Virus record (IMG/VR): IMGVR_UViG_3300001450_000028
Span: 8,327-72,326 of that record
Strand: one strand, 5' to 3'
Source: a virus
DNA: 64,000 nucleotides
A model generated the notes under the pieces. That model did no database searches and was not told the DNA's origin. It worked only from the letters and a program-made list of their open reading frames with translations. Below are positions 49,500 to 58,044 of this stretch, in pieces. A program made the translations under genes and the position numbers. The stretch's first letter is position 1. Each line of letters starts with the position of its first letter.

Positions 49500-49626
49500 A
49501 TTTTTTAAAAAGACTTGCAGGACATTTAATTTATAATTAATATAAGGTACATAGCCTTCTGTATAACTTTAAATCGTAGCCACCTATCTATATTAGAGTG
49601 GTTTTAAAGTTCACCAGGAGTCATCT

Positions 49627-50157
49627 GTGAAGGTCCCAGCAGCCCTTTTAAAGGAGCTCATAAGCAGTATTATTGATGAAGAGATAAGAAAAGTCAAAGG
49701 GGGATACAAGGTTTACCCTAAGAAACCTCAAAAAGGTAGAAAGACTCGAAAAGCACTTTCAAAGAAAGCGATGTCTTATAAAAAGGCACTTAGTCAGCTT
49801 CGTGCTGTTGAAAGAAGCAAAGCTATGAACGAGGCTGATCCTGAAAAAGGGACAGGCAGAAAACCCAAAGGAAGTGGCCGAAGACTCTATACTGATGAAA
49901 ACCCTAAGGACACTGTGCCGGTCAAGTTTAGAACAGTCGAAGATATAAGAAAAACTTTTTCGTCTTCAGCATTTAAATCAAAAGATCATAAGCGCCAATC
50001 ACAGATAATTAATCTATTGCATCAAAGAGTGCGCGCTGCATATGAAAACGCAAAAGATCCAAAAACTAAAGCTAGACTTAAAAGAGCGTATGACTACGCA
50101 AAGAAAAGAAAAGAAGCTAGCAAAAAAAAGACTGAGCGATTAAAAAATAAAAAATGA
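49627..50157 (+). CDS. Highly basic two-module protein, candidate internal head protein
   Basis: AGGAG RBS with GTG start; leader LKELISSIIDEE; modules KVKGGYKVY...QLRAVERSK and GRRLYTDENPKDT... Confidence 0.6.
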   Translation: MKVPAALLKELISSIIDEEIRKVKGGYKVYPKKPQKGRKTRKALSKKAMSYKKALSQLRAVERSKAMNEADPEKGTGRKPKGSGRRLYTDENPKDTVPVKFRTVEDIRKTFSSSAFKSKDHKRQSQIINLLHQRVRAAYENAKDPKTKARLKRAYDYAKKRKEASKKKTERLKNKK

Positions 50158-51053
50158 AAATTACAAAGATAAAATTAAAATTACTAATAGAGGCAAATTT
50201 AGCAATTTGGGGTTTTGATCGTGTATTAGGTAGATTTTTTAAAGATACTTTTAGAAAACTAGGAGGTCAGAAAAAAGAAAATTGGCAAAACACGAGATTT
50301 ATCTACTGGTTACACGCCAAACCTATTGAATCTATTCTTAAAGGAAATATTCCGGGTGAGATAGGAGTGCGTGCATATCACAAAGATCAAATCATCAATA
50401 ATCTCGGCTGGGACGCACCTTATGGTCTAGAAGTAGAAGGAAGAGTTACTTTAGCATCGATCGTTGATATTTTTTCAGGGACTTCTATGCCTCATTTTAA
50501 AGGTCCGGGTTCTTGGCCGAGTGAGAAAGAAATTGAACCTCACTTTGGAATTGACAATGTTGATTTTTTCAAAACAAAACCAGGTCTAAAAAAATTTAGA
50601 AAATATCCTTCTTATGGAGAATATGCCTACAACCCGGAGGGTGGCCAGTTAGACATGGGTTTTATTGAAGACTTGTGGGAGGATACACCTGAAAATACTA
50701 CTGAAAGTGAGCAATACGATTTCTTGCAAAGTAGAATCGCTAATAAAAGCAAAGAGGAGGTTGAGGAACTATTATTCGACGCGAGCATAATATTAGACGA
50801 CAAGCGTATCATGCCTTCAGGCGAAAGCGTCGTCGAATGGTCAAGTAAAAATAGACCTGGCAATGAGTTTTTAATTGCAAATGCTGTTCCCGTTACTATC
50901 TGGATAAAAGAAGGTGATAGTTTTCCATCTAGTCTGCAAGATGCGGTTATAAATAGAAATTTAGAAGTAAAAACTATTTCTTCTGGGGAGTCAAAAATAG
51001 TCGAAAGACTAGAATTAAAAAAAGTAATTCGTGAGATTTTGAAATCTTTATAA
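50154..51053 (+). CDS. Hypothetical protein (299 aa), candidate internal head protein
   Basis: Leader MKITKIKLKLLIE; C-terminal LKKVIREIL; ATGA overlap. Confidence 0.5.
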   Translation: MKITKIKLKLLIEANLAIWGFDRVLGRFFKDTFRKLGGQKKENWQNTRFIYWLHAKPIESILKGNIPGEIGVRAYHKDQIINNLGWDAPYGLEVEGRVTLASIVDIFSGTSMPHFKGPGSWPSEKEIEPHFGIDNVDFFKTKPGLKKFRKYPSYGEYAYNPEGGQLDMGFIEDLWEDTPENTTESEQYDFLQSRIANKSKEEVEELLFDASIILDDKRIMPSGESVVEWSSKNRPGNEFLIANAVPVTIWIKEGDSFPSSLQDAVINRNLEVKTISSGESKIVERLELKKVIREILKSL

Positions 51054-51076
51054 CAAAAATCAAAGGCAAAGAAAAA

Positions 51077-51736
51077 ATGAAAATTACTAGAAAAAGACTA
51101 AGTCTAATTATTGAGTCCTTGCTTTCTGAAAGCAAGCATGGAGAAAAATATATTTGCCCCAAGTGCGGTCATGAGCACAAAGAAGAACCTGGTGAGAAAT
51201 GTGCCAATTGTGGTCACAAATACGATGATCCATGGCAAGGAAAAGAGTGGGTAAAGCCTAAGGCAAAAGTTAATGAAAAAAAAGACATGACTTGTCCAGC
51301 AGCGACCACAGACATAAGTGTAAACACAGCAAACAGAGACAGAGCCAGAAAGCTTGACTGGATTATGTACGGTCCTTTAAATGTAGAAGAACCAGGAAAT
51401 TATTGGGAAAGAATTGCTGATAAATGGAACACTCTAGTTGAAGCAGCAAAAAAATCAAATTGTGGCAACTGTGTTGCTTTTGACAGATCGCCTAAGATGG
51501 TTGACGAGTGCATACCGGCGATTACAACAGAACCTGTTGCTGATGAATTTGGAGTCTTAGGTTACTGTTGGATGCACCATTTTAAATGTCATAGCGCAAG
51601 AACGTGCAATACTTGGGCCGCTGGTGGTCCAATTAAAACTGACCAGTCATCAAACGAGTGGATGAAAAGAAACCGCGAAGGTGCTACAAACAAAAGCCCG
51701 CTAGATCAAAAAATGTACAAAGACGACACTGCTTAA
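51077..51736 (+). CDS. Cys-rich protein (zinc ribbon + second Cys cluster), candidate internal head protein
   Basis: Leader MKITRKRLSLIIESLLSE; CPKC...CANC; CGNC...GYCWMHHFKCHSARTCNTW. Confidence 0.6.
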   Translation: MKITRKRLSLIIESLLSESKHGEKYICPKCGHEHKEEPGEKCANCGHKYDDPWQGKEWVKPKAKVNEKKDMTCPAATTDISVNTANRDRARKLDWIMYGPLNVEEPGNYWERIADKWNTLVEAAKKSNCGNCVAFDRSPKMVDECIPAITTEPVADEFGVLGYCWMHHFKCHSARTCNTWAAGGPIKTDQSSNEWMKRNREGATNKSPLDQKMYKDDTA

Positions 51737-51813
51737 AATAAATTCTTTTTCTATATTTGTCAATCAAAAAATCTGAACATATATATTAAGAACAGAAAAA
51801 GTCGGAGATTTTT

Positions 51814-52971
51814 GTGGCGACATTTGCAAATACAACTAATGCAACCCCTTTCGGTGTATTTGATGACGACTCTGAATTTAAAACAGAAGCAGATCAAATG
51901 GTCGTTTTTGTTAAGCGAAAGATGGGCGATGACGTCTTAAGTGTTGAACTTACAAAGAAACAAATTTTTGCCAACATGGAAGAGGCAGGTCTTGAATACA
52001 GTTCAATATTAAATCAATATCAAGCAAAATCTCAATTAGTAAACTTTTTAGGATTTTCGACAGGTAGCATGTCAGGTTCGCAAGAAAAATACGTAAGGGA
52101 TAATCTTGAGTACTTGACAAGATTTGCTGAGCCCTATGCTATGGAAGCAGGCATTGGTGGCTCTTATAATTCAACATCAGGTTCGATTCAATTACAAGGC
52201 GGTCGCCAAGACTACGATATGTATACTGAACTTAAGGATGGGAACGATACTCCTTTATTTGACAGTTCAAAAGGCAAGCTAAAAATAGCAGAAGTATTTC
52301 ACTTTAACCCTCAGGCAGCATACAGATTTTTTGACACAACATCAGCTGTTAACTACTTAAATAACGAATTTTCTTTTGAGTCATTTACACCAGAAACAAT
52401 ATTTTATGTTTTGCCTGTTTTTGAAGATATTCTTCGCGCAGGGCAGCTAGATTTATCAAACAGAGTTAGAAGATCAAACTACTCTTACGAAGTTAATGGT
52501 ACAAAAATAAGAATATTTCCTACACCAACAATAGGCTCTGAAAAGAAGCTTTGGATAAGAGTTCGACAGTATCCAGATCCTACTTCACCTGCGTACAAAG
52601 ATGAAATGATACACGGTGTATCAAACATGTCAAACATTCCATTTGGAAATCTAACTTATTCTAGAATAAACTCTATAGGAAAACAGTGGATTAGACAATA
52701 TACACTTGCTTTAAGTAGAGAACAGCTAGGTATGGTTAGATCTAAGTTTGGAAATATACCAATACCAGGGGGCGACGTATCTTTAAACGGCACAGATCTT
52801 GTAGCTCAAGGCCGCGAAGATCAGACAAACTTAAAAACACAGCTAAAAGAAATGCTTGAAACAATGACTTATGACAAATTGATAGAAATACAATCTACTC
52901 GTGCAGAGCAGATGAACAAACAGTTACGTTACGTTCCAATGCCGCTTGGAAAAGCAATTTTTATGGGATAG
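51814..52971 (+). CDS. Neck/head-tail adaptor protein (T4 gp13-like)
   Basis: VKRKMG..VLSVELT, WIRQYTLALSREQLGMVRSKF..IPIPGGDVSLNG, as in gp13-type neck proteins. Confidence 0.8.
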   Translation: MATFANTTNATPFGVFDDDSEFKTEADQMVVFVKRKMGDDVLSVELTKKQIFANMEEAGLEYSSILNQYQAKSQLVNFLGFSTGSMSGSQEKYVRDNLEYLTRFAEPYAMEAGIGGSYNSTSGSIQLQGGRQDYDMYTELKDGNDTPLFDSSKGKLKIAEVFHFNPQAAYRFFDTTSAVNYLNNEFSFESFTPETIFYVLPVFEDILRAGQLDLSNRVRRSNYSYEVNGTKIRIFPTPTIGSEKKLWIRVRQYPDPTSPAYKDEMIHGVSNMSNIPFGNLTYSRINSIGKQWIRQYTLALSREQLGMVRSKFGNIPIPGGDVSLNGTDLVAQGREDQTNLKTQLKEMLETMTYDKLIEIQSTRAEQMNKQLRYVPMPLGKAIFMG

Positions 52972-52974
52972 ATT

Positions 52975-53640
52975 ATGGGTAGATTTTTTATAACACCAAG
53001 AGAGATTAACTTTATTAATGATATTGCAAAAGAAATAGTCAAAGACGTAATTGGTCAAAAGATTTATTATTTTCCAATTAGTGAAATTAAATCAAAAGTT
53101 CATGACGTATACGAAGAGTCACCTGATAAAGTATTTGAAAACCCTATTGAAATAGACTGCTTGGTAAAATACCAACCACAAGAAATAAGAACTAATAGGT
53201 TTGGGTCTGAAGAGTACTATACTGTTGAAGCATACGTTCAATCAAGAGATTTGCTTGACAAAGGTATCGAAGTTTTAGAAGGAGACTTTTTCTCTTACGG
53301 CACAACTTTTTTTGAAGTAATTAAAGGGCCTGCTTCTGATGTCATCTTTGGTCAAATTGAACATAAAACTTACATTACAATAACCGGTAAGCAATCAAGA
53401 AAAGGCCAGTTTATATCAAAAATTTTTGGCCCTACATCAGAAGAATATACAGACTCAGACGCCGTTCAAGAAACATTTGTTCAACAACGAGGCGCAAAAA
53501 CAAACAAAGAAGGTGTTACGGGTGACGTAAGAGAACTTCAAAAAAATGGTGTTCTTGATTCGCCAATAACAGGACCAAAAGAAGTTTCTTCTCAAGGTGA
53601 TCCTCAAAATGTAGGTTCTGCTTTTTACGATGAGGATTAA
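52975..53640 (+). CDS. Neck/head-closure protein (T4 gp14-like)
   Basis: Follows the gp13-like gene; GQKIYY, VYEES..KVF, EGDFF, FEV motifs. Confidence 0.7.
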   Translation: MGRFFITPREINFINDIAKEIVKDVIGQKIYYFPISEIKSKVHDVYEESPDKVFENPIEIDCLVKYQPQEIRTNRFGSEEYYTVEAYVQSRDLLDKGIEVLEGDFFSYGTTFFEVIKGPASDVIFGQIEHKTYITITGKQSRKGQFISKIFGPTSEEYTDSDAVQETFVQQRGAKTNKEGVTGDVRELQKNGVLDSPITGPKEVSSQGDPQNVGSAFYDED

Positions 53641-53642
53641 AA

Positions 53643-54845
53643 ATGAGTAACAGCCCGAAAGGTGAAAAAGTAATAAAAAGTTTTGATGGCAATAATGCAC
53701 CAGATAATTTTGATATTCCTTCAATTGGAATTGAAGATTTAGACAGGGCAGTCTTTCAACTTTTTGACAAAAAAATATTTTTTGAAGTTTCACATAAAGG
53801 AGCACTTCAAAAAGTACCTGTTATTTTCGCATCCGGGGAAAGATTTGCCCTTACAAGAAGAAAAAATCCTATAAGAGACAGCGAAAATACTTTAATTTTA
53901 CCTCTTGTTTCTATTATGAGACAAAGTATAGATTTTTCTCCCTCACAAGCAAACAAAAGAACAGCAATATCATTTCGAGAACAAGAAAATTATATAATAA
54001 AATACAAGTTAAGTGAAAAAGACAGAAAGTATCAAAACATAATAAATAAGCAAGGATTAAAAAACCAACTTAATGTTTCTTCTGAGAAAAACTTTCTTTT
54101 AAATACACCTTCTCCTGGATTTTCTGTAAAACCTGATTCTGTTTCAACTCGACGATCTTCTGCAAACATAGGCTTTTCAAGTGTTGCAAATATTTCACTA
54201 GGTGAAAATCTAGGAAGAAATATGTTTGAAATTATTGAAATACCATACCCGGAGTTTATTGCAGTTACATATGATGTAGTTTTTTGGACACAGTATATGA
54301 AACAATCAAATCAAATGATAGAGACGCTTCTTCTAAATTTTACCGGTCAAGGAGAAGAAATTCCAATAACAACAGACGGTGGTTACGAACTAGTTGCATT
54401 CTTTTCTGGTCCTTTTTCAAATTCAGGGACAAACTTAGATGACTTTACAGAATCTGAAAGAATTATTAAGCATTCATTTTCTGTTACTATTCCAGGCTAT
54501 ATTATCAATCCTAAACACCCAGGAATGCCTAAGCTTTTAAGAAGTTATATATCTGCACCAGAAATTAATTTTGGTGTTTTTGAAGGAGACGCAGCAGTAA
54601 TTGACTATCAACCTGAGAGAATGAAGGATAAAGTCAAAAGGCACGCACTTCAAGACTTAACAAATTTAGAAGAATCTGAACTTAGAAGAGGCGAAAGTAG
54701 AGAAGTACTTGAAGATAAAATAATTAATCCATTTACAAATAGTACAAAAACTCAATTTTCAAAAGTAAGACTAAGAAATCAAAGATCTGGTGAAACAGTT
54801 GCTTCATCTGAATTAATAGAGGAAATTGAGTCATTTGATTCATAA
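53643..54845 (+). CDS. Tail terminator/sheath stabiliser (T4 gp15-like)
   Basis: KVPVIFASGERF, LPLVSIMR, P....VTYDVVFWTQYMKQSNQMIE, FSVTIPGYI; sits before the sheath genes. Confidence 0.7.
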   Translation: MSNSPKGEKVIKSFDGNNAPDNFDIPSIGIEDLDRAVFQLFDKKIFFEVSHKGALQKVPVIFASGERFALTRRKNPIRDSENTLILPLVSIMRQSIDFSPSQANKRTAISFREQENYIIKYKLSEKDRKYQNIINKQGLKNQLNVSSEKNFLLNTPSPGFSVKPDSVSTRRSSANIGFSSVANISLGENLGRNMFEIIEIPYPEFIAVTYDVVFWTQYMKQSNQMIETLLLNFTGQGEEIPITTDGGYELVAFFSGPFSNSGTNLDDFTESERIIKHSFSVTIPGYIINPKHPGMPKLLRSYISAPEINFGVFEGDAAVIDYQPERMKDKVKRHALQDLTNLEESELRRGESREVLEDKIINPFTNSTKTQFSKVRLRNQRSGETVASSELIEEIESFDS

Positions 54846-54903
54846 TTAAAGAGATGTTTAAGAATTCGAAACATAGTTATAATAGAAAATTTAGGAGAAA
54901 TTG

Positions 54904-57900
54904 ATGGCAGAACAAACTTTCAGATCTCCGGGATTCTTTGAGCGAGAGATTGATCTTACTCAGCGTACTACAGAAATTGTAGGCACCCCGGCAGGAGTAA
55001 TTGGAACTTCACAAAAAGGACCTGCGTTTGTTCCGGTAACCGTTGGTTCATTTGCTGACTTTGAATCAAAATTTGGAACTCTAGATCCAGATAGATTTGG
55101 CCCTTATGCTGCAAATGAGTGGCTTAAAAATAGAACATCGCTAACTTACGTTAGAGTCTTAGGCGCAGGATCAAATTCCAGCACATCAGATATATCAGTT
55201 ACACAAACAGCAGGAACAGTTAAAAACGCAGGGTTCTTACTTTCTGGTTCAAGGGCACACACAGAAGACGCAAGATATAACGGCGTCGTTCAGTTTTTAG
55301 GTGCAACACACGAAACAAGAACTGATGAGCCTACTGGATATCCTGTATTTACAGACAATAGCTCTACAGATTCTACAGGAGGAATTAATCTATTACGTTC
55401 AGTTATTTTAACTGCGTCAGGTTCAAGATTACTTGTTTTAGATGCAAATCAATCATATACAGTTGATAATGTATCAAATGACATTGCAACAATCAGTGCT
55501 TATGACGGAACTGCTGAGCAAGGAATATTTAAGCTTGTTCTTTCTTCTGCGATGGGATCATCATTTGGAAATGATGAGTCAAAAGCAGGACTTAGAATCT
55601 ACACTGCTTCTCTTGATCCTTCAAGCCAACACTATGTTGGAAAAATACTAAATACAAGCCCAGATAGATTTGGAACAGAACAACATTTACTATATGCTGA
55701 TTTACCTGTTGAATCTGAAATTGCAAGAGTAAAAGTTGCTGCAGGATCTGTGGCCGTGTTATCAGGTTCTGGTAACGTTGTGGGTTCTGGAGGCTTATCT
55801 GGTACACCCTTTACAGAGCTTTTTGGAAAGTTTAATACAAGGTACCAGACATCTAAATCTACTTCTTTCATATCGCAACCTTTTGGTGATTCAGAGTATG
55901 ATCTTTTTCACTTTGAATCTCTTGATGACGGAATATCAGGAAATAAAAGAGTTAAGGTGTCGATAACAAACTTAAGAAGATCAACAAATCCCAAAGATCT
56001 ATATGGTACTTTTACAGTTTTGGTTAGAGACTATTACGATACAGACACAGATATTAGAATTCTAGAACAGTATCCTTTGTGCACTTTAAATCCTGCTGAT
56101 GGTGACTATGTTGGTACTAAAATTGGTGATTTAAGCGCAAAATATAATTTTGACGCAGAAACAGAATCTGAGCGCAGGCTAAACGTAACAGGCAAAAGAC
56201 CAAATAGATCTAGATACGTTAGAATTGTAATGAATGCTTCTGTTGAAGATGGCGATGTTCCTGCTCAAGCACTTCCTTTCGGATTTAGAGGCTTACCTGC
56301 AATAAAAACCACAACTTCTTTAACAGAAAATAGTTCATTTTTAGAAGGTGGAACATTAAACACATCAACGGGTGCCAGGCTCGGCTGTGTAGGTAGTAAA
56401 ATTTTAACAGGATCAATTGTACCGCCCGTCCCAATGAGATTTAAAGCAACAAGAGGCGCAGTTTCATCTTCTCCTTCTTTTGCAGGACACCCAGGTTTGC
56501 TTGAACTTGCAGATAATCGTATGTTTTTTGGCATAAAATTTGAAAGAGTACCTCTTGCAAGTGCAATTACAAACCCTCTCTTGCAATCAAACGGTTCAGG
56601 AACTAGAAATAAATTACTTGACTCTTACTCTAAGCTATTAGGTATACAAAAGTCAGATGTTGTTGTTTCTGGTTCAAGTGCAGATTTAATTAACGATAAT
56701 AAGTTTACTTTATCAAGAGTGGCACTTTCGAATAGACCTGCATCAGCAACACAAACACTAGACGACGCTGTATCATTATCAACACAGTTAACTGGCTCTG
56801 TGTCTGATCATATGGTTGAGGCAGCGTACATAAGAAACGGTGTAATTGTTAAACCTAGATATACAATTACAGACGGAACATTTAATAGATTAACCTTTGG
56901 AAGTTTAGCTGCTGCTAGATCTGCAACTGCATTTAATAAGTTTTCTGAATATATGAAGTTTACAAATATGCTTTACGGTGGGTTTGACGGTCTTAACATA
57001 TTAGACAGAGATCAAAGACTCATGAACGATAAGGCTTCAGATGCCGATTCAGGAGGAAAAGCAGCAGGCGGCGCAGACGGGTACATAAACCTTTCGTCTA
57101 ACTCTTCGCCGGGTGCTGGAAAAGAAAACAACTCAATTAGCTCTTATAGAACTGCGATTTCAATACTTACTGATCCTTTTGCTTCAAGAGTAAATATTGT
57201 CTCTATACCGGGAATTAGAAGCTCTTTTGTAACTGATCGTGCAATGGAAAAAACCAAAGAGTATTCTAAAGCGATATACTTGATGGACATTCCTGCTTAC
57301 GATGATGATCTAAACAGACTTTATGACGATGCTACATCTAGACCAAACGTAAGAAAAACAACAGAACAATTTGAGGCAAGAGCTCTTGATAATAACTACA
57401 CAGCAACTTACTTTCCAGATGTAATTATTAATGACGAAATAAACGGAGATTCAGTAAACGTACCTGCGACAGTAGCAGCAATTGGTGCACTTGGGTTTAA
57501 TGATAGAGTTGCTTTTCCTTGGTTCGCTCCTGCAGGATTTAATAGGGGTTCGCTAGACACTGTTTTAAATACTGAGGTGAGGCTCAACGCTGAAGATAGA
57601 AATGTTCTTTATGAATCAAGGATCAATCCAATTGCTTCTTTTCCTGATGGTGGCTTTGTAATTTTTGGACAAAAGACGCTTCAACAGGCTAAGTCTTCAC
57701 TAGACAGAGTGAACGTTAGAAGAATGCTCTTAGAAGTAAAGAGAATCGTTTCTGATATTGCAAACGGTCTAATATTTGAACAAAATACCCCTGCGACAAG
57801 AGCAAGATTTATAAAACTTACAAAGCCAAAACTTGCAAGTATTCAGTCAAATCAAGGAATCGATTTATTTAAGGTAGTAATGAACTCTTCTAACAATACC

Positions 57901-58017
57901 GCAGAAGATGCAGAGCAAAATAGACTTAATGGAAGGGTTATCTTAGTACCTACAAGAGCAGCAGAATTTATTGCAATAGATTTCATTATTACCAATTCAG
58001 GCGTAAGTTTTGAATAA
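54904..58017 (+). CDS. gp18: Tail sheath protein 1 (gp18-like)
   Basis: FRSPGFFEREIDLT, KGPAFVP, PWFAPAGFNRG, INPIASF, FGQKTLQ, LDRVNVRRML, FEQN, PTRAAEFIAIDF. Confidence 0.95.
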   Translation: MAEQTFRSPGFFEREIDLTQRTTEIVGTPAGVIGTSQKGPAFVPVTVGSFADFESKFGTLDPDRFGPYAANEWLKNRTSLTYVRVLGAGSNSSTSDISVTQTAGTVKNAGFLLSGSRAHTEDARYNGVVQFLGATHETRTDEPTGYPVFTDNSSTDSTGGINLLRSVILTASGSRLLVLDANQSYTVDNVSNDIATISAYDGTAEQGIFKLVLSSAMGSSFGNDESKAGLRIYTASLDPSSQHYVGKILNTSPDRFGTEQHLLYADLPVESEIARVKVAAGSVAVLSGSGNVVGSGGLSGTPFTELFGKFNTRYQTSKSTSFISQPFGDSEYDLFHFESLDDGISGNKRVKVSITNLRRSTNPKDLYGTFTVLVRDYYDTDTDIRILEQYPLCTLNPADGDYVGTKIGDLSAKYNFDAETESERRLNVTGKRPNRSRYVRIVMNASVEDGDVPAQALPFGFRGLPAIKTTTSLTENSSFLEGGTLNTSTGARLGCVGSKILTGSIVPPVPMRFKATRGAVSSSPSFAGHPGLLELADNRMFFGIKFERVPLASAITNPLLQSNGSGTRNKLLDSYSKLLGIQKSDVVVSGSSADLINDNKFTLSRVALSNRPASATQTLDDAVSLSTQLTGSVSDHMVEAAYIRNGVIVKPRYTITDGTFNRLTFGSLAAARSATAFNKFSEYMKFTNMLYGGFDGLNILDRDQRLMNDKASDADSGGKAAGGADGYINLSSNSSPGAGKENNSISSYRTAISILTDPFASRVNIVSIPGIRSSFVTDRAMEKTKEYSKAIYLMDIPAYDDDLNRLYDDATSRPNVRKTTEQFEARALDNNYTATYFPDVIINDEINGDSVNVPATVAAIGALGFNDRVAFPWFAPAGFNRGSLDTVLNTEVRLNAEDRNVLYESRINPIASFPDGGFVIFGQKTLQQAKSSLDRVNVRRMLLEVKRIVSDIANGLIFEQNTPATRARFIKLTKPKLASIQSNQGIDLFKVVMNSSNNTAEDAEQNRLNGRVILVPTRAAEFIAIDFIITNSGVSFE

Positions 58018-58044
58018 TTATAGTATGATATACGGAGAAACTAA

